A stretch of 48,622 nt of DNA from assembly GCA_036172245.1 (NCBI GenBank), contig JAYWIR010000078.1, positions 310,001 to 358,622 on the forward strand. Reading direction: 5' to 3'. Of the stretch, positions 1-12,500 are shown one piece after another (position 1 is the stretch's first letter; each line of letters opens with the position of its first letter). The stretch is from Raillietiella orientalis. Its lineage: Eukaryota. Under the pieces are notes generated by a model. The model worked only from the letters and a program-made list of their open reading frames with translations. It was not told where the DNA came from and did no database searches. Made by a program: the position numbers and the translations under genes.

Positions 1-505
1 CGGTTGTGCAAATGGGGCCGTCCCCCCCTTCTCCGGGGGAGATTCCCTCCATCTCATGCCACAGAGTTGGTGGATCGATACCTCTCCAGAGTGAAGTGTG
101 AAGAAGCGAGCTTCTCCCTTCGAGGAGCGCCCTTCAGAGAAATTGGGAAGCGTTCCTTCGGGGTTCTTTCCAGAGGAGGAAACAGGAAGCAGTTCCTCCG
201 ATCCCTGTTCCTCCCTTGCAGGTCCCTCCGGAGAAGAAATATCTGGAGCGGATCCCTTCATCGGGTAAAGTGAAACAGAGTTGAGGAGCTTCGTGTGCCC
301 CTAGGCGAACAGTTCTTGAGAACTCAGCGAGATTGAGAACTCACTCTCTGAGATTTCTCCTGCCCTTACGAATCACTGCTTTAGGGCGGGTCGCGCCTGC
401 TGCGTTCTCATTTTTTTTAAATGAATAAGCTCGAGATGTATTTGAAAGTAGAGACTATGTAAAATTCTGTTCTAAAAGTTCTAATGATGATGTGTTACTT
501 CTAAG

Positions 506-3500
506 ATACGAGAGATTTGGATGCTTTGAACTGACATCGATAGAGCAAGAGGTGTACGAGAAGTACTTTTACGGGACCGAACACTGGAACTACTTCACTC
601 AGGACGAAGATTTGGGACCGGTCATTCTTAGTCTAAAACAAGAGGCTGTGCAAGGGAGAGACCAATTCAGGTACGATCGTGAGTCTCGTTAGTGCGAGAA
701 ACTTGGGATGATCTGTGAGACCGTTTCCTCCCCGTGTGCGTGATTCTGCCTTAAGGAAACGAGCTGGCTGCAATGCAAAGGGAAAAAGGTAAATGCGGCT
801 CTTCGTTCCGGCCAGGCTTAACTGACTCTGTGGACACAGCCGAAGTGTTGAATTTTGCACGCGTCCTTCTGTGTTCTAGCATTCAGAACGTGTGCATACA
901 GAAATGCATGCTTCTCTGCACACGCAACCTGTTAGGATGGCACAAACGTACTCTGGGGCTTTGCAGACACGAATCCACTGTATGTGGGAATATGTGAGTA
1001 TGTATTTACACATATGCATGCGCGCACATCAGGTTTCGAATTCGGAGCGGTAAAGACCCTTGACCCTCACGTAATTCAAGCTAACATGCAGGTGCATGAA
1101 ATAAGATTTCCTATCTTCCATTGCCCTCACTTTCTCAGCAGTCGTGGTGACTGACTTCGCATAATCATGCAAAGAAACCCAATGGATACTTGGCAGTCCT
1201 ATCGTGGAATCAGGAGGAACGGAGGTGCTCTTTCGTAGGTTAGACGTCACACAGATGACCTCCTTAGTCTCGCTGTTTCAACTGCGCTCTAAAATACTTG
1301 AAACGAGTCTCCTGGGCTTGGGACATTCTCGTGAGCTTCACTGAGGTCCCGTGCACTTTTCTTCCGTTACATGGCGTTGCAGAACTCCTTGATCCAAACC
1401 TTTGATCTTTCTGTTCCTAGTTTCATTGGGGGTCAAGTCCGGAGGAGATTGCTCAGAACCGACTTTTCCATGCAAGCGATTCCCTGAAGGCATACTTTGC
1501 TTGAGAACCAGTTCCCTTTCTTGTTTCGAACATTTCTGAGGTTTTCGTTCCTGAAGCAAGATGAGAACATCCCTTCTGGAACGAATCCATTTTCTTCCTA
1601 GAATTGTTTCCCGCATCCATTTTCCGACACATCTTGCCACGTTCCTTATAACTACGAGAAGGAATCTGTTGGAAACTGGCTTGCAGGCCAGCGGGGTTGA
1701 CTCAGCAGCACAAAGAAAGGGGAGACAAACAAACAGAAAAAATTAAATAAAAAACATGCAGTCAAAAAATGGAAAGGAAGGGGGGTTTAGGAAGGGATCA
1801 CTGACATCCATCTGTGTCACCCAGTCGTTCCAGTGATTCGAATCAACAGATTTTGGTTTTCCATACGAGTGCGTTGGTTCCATTTTGATGAGGTCATCAT
1901 GGTGCCATGTCACAAAGTTGACGTATAGCTCTGAACTCCAGAAAAGTCGCCGAACCTCGTTGTGTGCCAAAATTCCATCTAGCATAGGTGCATCTAGAGT
2001 AGGGGGGCAAGTTGTTAGCAAGGTCCGCCACTCGGTTTCTTTTAATCAATCTAATCAAGCCACCGATATCCCTGTTTCCTGTACTACTTGCTTCTTCGGT
2101 TATTGTGTATACATATGGATCTGAATTTTCTAAGCGAGCGTACGTGCACACGTGTGCTCACACAGCTTTTGTGAATCTCTGAAAGAGAAGGAGGAGGAGA
2201 AAAGATTCAAGGTGATCCCACCGCCACAAGCTCGAGCTGTCGATCTGGACTTCCATAAAGCCGCACGTGGCCATGTGACTTCACGAGGCTGCTCAAGTCG
2301 TGTGACTGTGTGAAAGTGAAAAAGAAAAAAAAAAGAGGCTTTTTTCTATTCTTTCTGAACTTGGCCGGTCTCGCAAAACGGACCATAAAGCAGGGAAGAA
2401 GTTCACAGACCTCTGTTCATCATCAGAACGGTCATCAATCGATCCATATCTTCACTGAGATCACCCGATTATTTTTCCCAAAGAGATGTTTCCAAACTCA
2501 GTGCCCACTTTTGGAGAGTTCCTTTATTCAGCAGTGCAACAGCCTCCGCACTCCCTCGGACCGTTTCGGGTCAGAGCCTCTTGCCTCAGAGCAAGTTCTT
2601 TGAGATTGCGAAGCTTTCGTTTTCCTTGCTTGCTGCATCACCATCTTTTCCTTACATGTTTCTGCGGAAAACCCTCTCCCGCACAGACTGCTCGATTTCA
2701 ATGCTGATTAGGATGTTGGGAACTCCTCAGTCCAAACTGTTCAGTTTGTTCCAGAAGGATCTTCGAGGTTTTTTTCCGTATTTCTCGTTGTACGCAATCT
2801 GCCCCTTGCTAATTGATTCGGTGTTTATTCCGGTGACTCCGCCCCAAGAAGTACGATCGAGCTGCGACTGATCCATTTGCGAATGACTGTGTGAAGCTCT
2901 TTGTCGATCGCGATGAAGAGACAGGTACAGATGTAGGTCCTTTTCTTTTTTCTCTCTCTTACTCTTTCTTTCGCCTCTTCCACCTTTATTCTTTGCCTCA
3001 GTCTATTTGCTATGATTCCAAAAGCAACGGAAGCCACCCTGGAAGGGAGGCGAACTAAGGGAATTCTGGATTTGAAAGTCACCAGTTCACAGTAGTTTCC
3101 AGTTTCGGACGTGCCGTGGGTCAGGGAAATGCCTTGACTCTTAGAAGCTTCACCTGGGAGTTGGAGCAGCCTGAACAGAACAACAGCGAGCATCAAAGTG
3201 CAGATCTCCAGTTTCATCTCCCATCAGTGTTTCCCGAAGCGACTGCCGCTGCCGTCCGATGCATACAAGGAATTTCTTATTTTAATTTTTTTTCAGGATA
3301 ATGGTCCGAGCGGTGAGCTACACGATCCACGGTTTGGTTCCGGCATCGTGTGTTTTTGCTGATCGTTACAATCGGGAAGAAGTGGTCAGATCTTTAGGTC
3401 AAGAGATCAACCTGAACCCTCTCCTCACCCTAGCGCAGCTCCCGAACACACCAGAAGAACTCCTAAAGTTAGATCAGGTAACCTCACCTATCGTGCACGG

Positions 3501-6500
3501 CGCTCTAAGCAGCATCTCAAACCTCGAAGGTGTTCGTTAAATCGGAGCTGAAGGTCGGAGTCGTATTCGTCAGGAAGGGGCAAATAACGGAAGAGGAAAT
3601 CTTGGACAATAACGAAAGCAGCACACTCTTCGAGGAGTTCCTGCAAATGTTGGGGGAGAAAATCAGATTGAAAGGTACGCCTGGTTCCCATTTCAGACGG
3701 GAAAAACTCCTCCCGATTTTCGTGAAATGCGCCCGGGCGCACCTTTGCGGGTGCCTCCAGCTTCCATGGAGATCGTACGGAAGGAAGACTGGCACATCAT
3801 GAGGACAACCAAGAAGGAATGGGTATGACTGGACCGATAGGTGACGCTCAAAAGGAACTCTCCGGCCGTTGCCAAAGTGAAGATCGAGACGCACCACAAG
3901 GACAGCAGCATCTTCAGTAAGACGAGAGCAATGAAATTGGGAAGCGAGACATCCAGGCGACCAACTGCGTTTCTGATCTCTTTCAGAACATTCGAAGTCT
4001 GTCCTCGGCTAGAGGTCCCAAGAAACGGAAAATTCTAAAAAGCAAGAGGATCTTGGGAAGACTGAGAGCGCAACATGGGGAAAACAGGAGAGGAACAAGG
4101 AGTGAATGCTGGCAGGGATTCGGGACAGAAGTATGAGGAATAGATCCCTGAAACCCGAACGGGTTGAGAACCTTCTCCAACAGCGGGCGTGTCGTCAGAA
4201 GCAAAATCCGGAAAACACAAAGCGTCCATCTAGCATAGGTGAACGCAGAATAGGGGGGCAAGTTGGTAGCAAGGTCCGCCACTCGGTTTCTTTTAATCGG
4301 TCGGTTGAAAAGCCATCGATTATTCTTTTTTCCTGTAGTATACGCTTCTTCGGAAATTGTGTATACACATGGAACTGAATTTTCCAAGCGTTTGTACACA
4401 CGTACATTCGCAGAGCTCTTGTAAATCTTTGAGGCAGAAGGAGGAGGAGGAGGAGGAGAAAAGATTCAAAGTTTTCCATTTAGAAAATCCAAGTTGCAGC
4501 TCGGAACTCTCTGGAAGAGCGGACTTCTTCGGATAGAACATTCACGCTTATTGGAAACGGGAAGGGGTCAAGAATCTGGCCGCTCCAGCAGGGGGCTCTT
4601 GGAACAAAAGGAGGACCGAAGCTGGGAGATCCCAAATCCACGCCTCCCCGGTGTTCGTGGCACGTGACACCTCGAATACTCAAGGAACTCCAAGATACTC
4701 GGTTATCGTGGGTTGGCGGGAAGCCTGAATCACCGGATTCGGGACCGCACGCAGCATCGCCCGCACTGCATCTGCCCCCCCCCCCCCCCTCCGCTTCACC
4801 CATTCGGTTCTCCGGCCGCTGAGAGTCTCTCTCGTTGACGTGAACGTGATTTTCTAGGAGGAAACCTTTCCTTCCTCTACCAGGGCCACGCCCTTCCCCC
4901 CCGGAAGACCCCCAACGAGAACACGGTCTCACCTCGAAATGACCTCGGCAAATTTCGTTGACTTGCACAGCCGCTTTTCCGGAGCGCGCACTCTTGGTCT
5001 CCCTTGCCCTCACGTGCCGCTTTGCTCTTCTCAAGGGTCGCAGCCGACTGGGGCGCCTCAGCTCTGCTGGTACGGGAAACGGGAGAAGGGAGGATTCCGT
5101 CCTCAGTCTCCTAACATTTGCTCGGCAAACCGGCCTTTTTGCCGGATGCAGGAAAATGATGCTGCAGATATCACGGAACGCTTGTTCTGTCTTCCAGGAT
5201 TCGACAAATACAAAGGAGGACTGGACACAGTTCATGACCTCACCGGAACCCATTCCGTCTACACCTGCTGGAGAGGCATCGAAATCATGTTCCATGTGGC
5301 TACGCTGTTGCCGCATGAGGCCAACGACCCACAGAAGGTAATGGCAGAATCCTTCCTGGAAACTGAGCCTTCTGTTCTCACCCGCCTTCCTCCCTCTCTC
5401 ACCGTTTCTCCCAATCTAGACAGCCGAAAGTCGCGTGTGCTTGTTCCCATGACCACCCGGCTCCCGCTTTCTCTCTTGAAAAAAGGCTGAAAAAAAAAAA
5501 ACCCCCCAAACTCCAAGGACTGTGGAGAATACCCCGACAGATGAAGTCTTTCTTAGTGCCGCAATTCTCGAGAGCTGAAGATGCTGAGATTCTCCTGCAG
5601 CTTACTGGATTATCTGGAATCAGGAGTCAGCGTTGACGATGCCGTGGTTCCCAGTATGATGTCTCCATCAGACGAAAATTTCGTGTTGCCTTGCGTTCCA
5701 AAAGACGGGAAGCCCTGTATTAAACCAAACACAAACCTATCTCTGTATCCGGAACCCTTGACTTTTGATGAGCATCTTGAAGAAGAAAGCAATTTCATAA
5801 GAAGAGGAAATGCTGCTCAGCAGCTAAGCAGAACAAAAAGATGAACTCCTAAACAGACGACGGAGAGATGCTCCTGGTGATCCGGAGAACAGACGAGGGA
5901 CAGCCGAGTACATCCCTTCGGTCGGCTCCTGCGACAATCAGCAGCAAGAAAAGCGCGCTGCGAACGCAGAAGCGACATGGAGCACAGCTAGGAAGGTCAA
6001 CAACTGAATGTGCTTATGTTGTCAAAATCAGAGAACAGGGGCCCTTTTCTTGATTCTGCTACCCTTCCCCATTTTCAGGGACGAGGCAGGAAAAGTTTTC
6101 AAATCACAGCAGATTAAGAAATCCTTTCGCCAAGGATATGTTTCCTTGGTGGAAAGGTATGTGGGGAGATCGATTTTCAGTAATGAGGGGATTCGTGGCA
6201 ATAGCAGAGAGGGAAACCGAAGTAGTGGTGATGGGGACTCATTGACTGCTCCCAAACGTAGAAGCCGAACGAGAAGATGTTGCACGGAGGGAACAAGGAA
6301 AAAATAAAGAAAGAAAGGGAGGCATCAGTCAGCACCTCCTCCGTCCCTCTGGATCTTCTGGTCTCCAGAAATTCCGAGCTGCTTCTGAACAGCGGACATC
6401 ACCCTCAAACAAAGAGGTGCAAGCTGCCCACTGAGAAGGATCGCTTGAGAATCCAGGCCTGCCGCGAGCGCGCACTCAAACAATTCAAGCGACCAGTGCC

Positions 6501-9500
6501 CGAAGGAAGGAGTGCAACTTCTGTTACAGCATGCAAACTGCAACATACCTGAGAAGCAACAAGATGAAAAAGAGATGGGAGTGCGAGTGAGGCAGAAATA
6601 GAAAGCCACTGAGCAGAATTCGGGTAGCCGTGACCATGGGGTGCTGTTTATCAGGCAGGAGAAAACCATCCTTAGTGATTAACATTCCGAGACTGTGATG
6701 CTCTGGAGGTTCAGCATGTTCAACAGGACTACTAAGGAGCTCAAGAATGGAAAAAAGAATCTGTATGGACCCAGGATTAGCTACACTGTAAACACAAAGT
6801 GGGCACGTTGATCCCTCTGCAATAGGTTGCACGCAACGGAGGATTTCTTAGGTTGCTTCTTGAGGGACAGATGATTAGCTGTTCGCGTCTCTGAAGGGAA
6901 ACTTTTGCCGTGAATGAATGCAACCTGATTACAGCGCCAATCGGATGAGGATGCATCTCAATTATTTAAGTGTCCCAACTGACAAATCACTTGGAGTTCT
7001 TATCTTCTTCGGTGTCATCCCAATTCTGATCCTTTCAAACTCACAGCTGATGACTGGTTTCGTGGGGGTCTCTAACTCTCAGAGAAACAACTCACCAGGA
7101 ATGGATAACGATTGCGATCGAGCGTGGATTTACTAGGGAGCCCATTCTCAGAACTTGGCATCTCCAAGAGATGAGATCTGGAAGTGACACTTCGGCTTCG
7201 TGTGGAGCGAATCTATGAATTCCCCGTTACAGCACGGACCATTCTTTAGGTAGAGAACGAGGTAGAGAGTAATTTTCTGTGTCTCTTCATCGAGGTCTTG
7301 AAGGAACCGGTCCAAAGAATTTATCCAAAGCTTGAAACCTCTGTCCCTCTTTGAACACCCACCGGTGTTCTCCTTTGCTTATTTGACTGTGTGTTTCTTG
7401 CATTTTAAAAACGAACTTCAGCTGCAACGCAAGCGTCACATTGGCAACGACATCGTCTGCGTGGTGTTTCTGGAAGCGAAAGACACCCCGTTTTCTCCAG
7501 CCTGCATCAAGTCGCATTTTCTACACACCTTCGTAGTAGTGAGGACTTTCTCACCTCCTGATGGCTACCCTACTCAGTACAAGGTACGTACCATTTGTGG
7601 CATAATTCTCCAGTACGTTTCCACGTACAAAGTGATACCGACAGCCTTCGCCCAAAACATAAGAATGCTTTCGTTCGGATTGATCGAGCACACGACATGC
7701 TTCTATCAAACATGGAACGACAGTCGTCAAAGAGAATAGGCATTCTTTTTTACCGCATGTTTTTTTCGTTTCGTTCTTTTTGTTGTCTTTTCACAAGTTG
7801 TTTCGCTTTGTCACCTTCCTGTTACACATACTGATCTGCTTCCATGTATGTAAACAGAATGCTTCGTATGAATCGGAAAGTTCCCTATATAATCATGAAA
7901 TTCAACGCAGCAATTCCAAATAACTGAGTGCTGCTATTCGTGATGTTGATAAAGATGTCCATCCAGCAAGATGCTGTGGAATTCCAAACAAAAGTAATGC
8001 CTGCTTGAGCGAACCAAAATCTGATACGTGGGTAAAGAAACAAAAAGTCACAGATAAAGCGCGCGAATCGAAATTCGCTGGAAATGTGTGCCGTGTCGCC
8101 TAGAGACACATGTGAACATGCGTGGATGGAGATTAAGGAAGATCTTTTAGAAGCAACACCATGGAAACCTGCGTCGAGAATACAAAGAGCATTTATTTCC
8201 TCATACAGAGATCATCAATTTCCTTGAAAATTCATGAGTCTTGAAAAGTCTTTGAGGTTTAGGACGATCAGTAAGGCGGAAGTCGGGGACACGCGTGGAG
8301 GAAGCCAGTTTTTGTTTTCGTCTAAAACCCGATGCATAAGTTTCCTCTCAGAAGAATTATCCATACTACTTCCATCCAAACTCATTTCATCTCCGTTCAC
8401 AGTTCCCTGCTGCTATTTTTATGTGAAAAACGATTTTTAATTGTCATCTTCCCATATTCTTGGAACCCGGAATCCTTTTTCCGTCATCGTTTAACATACG
8501 TCATCCTAGGATACTCGAAGTTATTCCAAAAGTTCCACGCATCCTCTGCACATGCCGGAACTGACTTGCAAAATCCTTAAATCATTGAAAGCAAAGTAGA
8601 AATAAGAAAAACGATTGATGTTGATCAGTTCTGACTAAATTTTAAAATTGAGCATAACGAATGAAAAGAACGCAGCAGACGAAACCTCCATCGCAGTGCT
8701 TCTTGTAGGATGTCAGATCTCATTTCATGAATTGGTGGTTCAACAGCTGAAGAACACTTGGAAAAAGTTTTCGAAAGAGTTACTTGTGTGTTTGTGGGCA
8801 TCCGTGCTGAGACTGGGGCACTCTCCGTTCCTTGAGGGGTTCCCAGTGAGGACGAAGAAATGCTCTCTCTCCGGGGTGAGCATCGCCTGCTCCCAGAACA
8901 CGCCCAGCGTGCGCAGCAAAGCCGTCACCGGGGCAATGAGATGTTTTAGCAGCACCCTCCGTTTCAGTTCCAATCGAACTGTGTTCTTGTGTTTACAGCT
9001 TCGTGTGCAAGTAACACTGATCAGTTTGAGCTGAAGGCCCTTTGCTAATTGACATACTCGAGAGTAACAAATGCCATAAAAGGAAAAGGGTGTAGAAGGA
9101 TGAGCGAGAAAGTGGTTAAGGGGTTTGGATACACAGAAGGCATCTCTGTTTTCCTACATCCATTGATGTGGAAAAACAGAGATCTGGGATTGCATGCAGG
9201 TATGCAAGGGAGGAACTTTCCACATCTTCCTCGATCTTAATTAGCTTCGTCATTGTCGAAAAGGGATGACCTGCGATGACTGCTCCAGAATGGGTGTGTC
9301 CCTTGTCGAGATGGGAACTTTGTCAGGCAGGTGATTCGGAGGTGATTCGAACCTTCGACCTTGTTTTCGGAGCTGGGAATCGTCGCCCATTAAGTCACTT
9401 GCTTCTTGCTTTATTGATTTTGGAAGAATTTCTTGCTTGCAAGGAGTTTGTTAATGTGTAATGAAACAGAAATGGAACCAAAATCAAACAGAACATTCTT

Positions 9501-12500
9501 CTGGGATTCTGAGTGCTCAGTCATTATGAATCGTAACTCTGACTCTTTTCTGAGACTTTGTTAACATAAATTTTTCATTAACTTTGAACTTAACTTTTCT
9601 TGTGATGCCTTCTTTTGTCGCTTTTTGGGGTCAATTTCTAGCTAACCTCTGCATTTTCCTCAGCCTCGAAACATTGAATGAGATGTATCGTGGTCCATGA
9701 CAGACAAAGGACAAAGAAAACATTATCTAAAAATCACCAGATATGCAATATTTGCAAAGTTCCATGGAAGTTCAAATATTTTGAAATCTCTTTATCTTTT
9801 TCAAAAATATCAAGATATAATACATGTGTATCATAAATATTAATTATAATACATACAAATATATTTATTCCTAAAAATGTAGAATATTCATGGAGCTCAC
9901 TCACTCACTATGCTGATCTTCTTTCAATCTTTTTGCAATATTTTTTTGCTCTCATACGTCCATTTTCTTCTTCATTATGATCAATGTCTATGAAGTTTAA
10001 GCTGCGTTCTTTTACATTAGGTAGTCGTGGGTAATGCATCTTTCTCTCTTCGGTATGTCATGAGCAATCTGAAACCGTTGTTTCGTGTCGCGAATCTTTC
10101 GCAATTCCTACCGTCCTCTACAAGGTTCGCCCAGCAAAACTTTGCTTACGATCCTGACTGCTGTCTCCGGTGCTCCTTCTTTTTGTTGCTGTTGCCGCTG
10201 TTATTCTTTTTGTGTGTGTGTGTCTGTCGATTGCCCTTAGCATCAAGGAAACCACATATGAGGCTGCCAGGATGACTGTTCCAAAACATTCGTTTCCAAG
10301 TTTCACAGTTTCCATGCTCCTTCTACGTGGTGATATCTACTCAAGATGCACCTCATAAGAGCACCTCAATCCGAAGTTCGATGTTCAAACAGTGCAAATA
10401 CTGAATAGCAGCGCTTATAATGCGAGAGGGAACGGAAGAGGCATTCGTTTTTTTTTTCCTCCTTGGTTGTTGTCAGATGTCTTTTCTCAACGTGGAGATT
10501 AATAGATGCACGCTGCTTGCCTTGTGGCATTGGTCTGCTTCGTGCTTCTGGCTAATACGGGAAAATGATCCTTCTGCTATTTCTCTCGCGGAATTCAAAA
10601 GACACACAACGGAGCGAAAAGAGATGCGATTCGAACCAAACGACACTCAGAACACTCAGACGTTCAATTTGGTCTTCGGAAAAAGAGGGTGTTGAGAATC
10701 TGGAAAATTAAGCACATAATTGCCTTATGAAAAAACGAAATTTCATGTTAAGCAAATACGGGATTCGTTCCGTAATAGAGAGCAAAAGAGCTATTTCTCA
10801 ATTCGGGAAACAACCGAAGGAAACTCTTCGCTTCTCGCCAAAGACATTGCAAATAGGTAACCCATTAATGTCTGTTTGCTTGTGCGTTGGGATGAGAAAG
10901 CCGAAGCAATTCGGAATTCAGAATCATTGAAGTGGGTACCACGAGTTTCAGAATCAAGATGCATTATTCAGGAGAAAACACGTAAACGGCACAAAGAGGC
11001 AGCTCGACTTTGTGCAAGTGTTTTTCAAACATCTGATAAAAGAAGCTGAAGGAAATAGAAATGGAGTTTTAGGAAAACGAAACTTTAGAAAGGGATCACA
11101 TGACATAATCTTCTGTTATGCGTCGTCTGCTCTCCCTTGCAGCAGCGAATGCAACTTAAAATGCAAGAGCGTCGTCATCAAAATCTGAAAGCTCATGAGC
11201 GACTGCCCGAGTAAGATCGCTTCACCAAGATGTTCTTTCTGCAGCAAGGCCTTCTTGTATATGGGGAGCACCTGTGTTTGAAATAGTCATCTAAGAAGCG
11301 GAGCGGTTGCCACATATGTGCAGCGGGCCTCCACTTAGACCGGGCTAGATCGCAGCATCCTTCAAATTCCGAACAAAGTACTCAGCGATTGCAATGTAGG
11401 AAACGTTGTACGTATCTAGAAATTGCTTCAGTACCAAATCAGAAAGGAACACTGTTTATCAGGAACCCCCAGATATTTAGCTTCTGGTGGAACAAAAAGT
11501 TTTTCGGATTGAAGAGTCATTTTCTTCTCTCAGGAACCAAATCTGTTCTCTGCTAGCCGATCAGAGAAAGAATGGCAGGCAAAAAAAAATGCAACATCCC
11601 CGTACAGACAGAAATGGTTTAGAGCTTTGTCATTGGTGACATCACGTCCTAAAACGCTCCCGAAAGGATGCTCTGAAGCGAATAGGCAGAACGGAGTTTT
11701 AAACGAAACTGGAAGGAAAGAGAATCTGTTTTTTCAGTCCCTTGATTGATGATGATTGATTGTCCTCTTTTGGAGGAGTTTATGTTGATGGTGTTCTCCA
11801 TCTAACCTTAATCTGTAGCCAACACTTGTAACAGGAGCTGGAGCTCAACACTGTGGGCATGGAGAGGGATGGTCTTCAGTCAGGAATAGATATCTGAGGG
11901 ACAATATAGCTAGATATGTCCCACAAGGATGTCTTTCGCCAACCAGTTGTTGGACTAGTATCTATTTAATTTGCGTTGTCTTCAGAGCAGTTTTAAGTTG
12001 CCAGGCAGATCACAGCAAATGGTGAGCAATGGTGTACGATGCATTCTGCGTAGAGTTGAGCGCAAATGCTTCAGAAGCAGCATGTGCACGTGTGACGTGT
12101 GAGAGAGTTTTTTTCAGTGTTCAATGTTTTTCTGCCCTTGCCACGCTCTAAAACTCTACGAATGTGTCGAGCGGGCACTTCGCTCATCATCTCAGAAGGA
12201 AATAATTTCCAGCAAGAGTTTATGAGACGACGATGGCTTTGAGATCAGAATAAACTGCGAAACCGTAGAGGAAGAACAAATCGCCTCGTTTCGAATGTTC
12301 AACGGACCACTAAAAGATGCTGATCATCCCCGGTAAAGATTCGTTTGATTCAGCGAAAGGAAGAAAGAAGATTTTCATGTGGCAGAAACCATCTATTCAA
12401 AACATAGGTCTCGCAAATAGTAGAGATTCATCGATTTGGTATAATTGGCATGTGCTAGCAGCAAACGCATTACGGATCTTGATACCAGCACGAACAGAGT

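Noticed and set aside
4480..5316. 278-aa minus-strand ORF
   Set aside because: Antisense to a RapGAP exon and to GC-rich low-complexity intron; no recognisable motif.
11160..11360. [16 protein letters not shown], resembling a piggyBac Cys-rich tail
   Set aside because: A single short motif with stops nearby and no transposase core or TTAA-bounded ends found.
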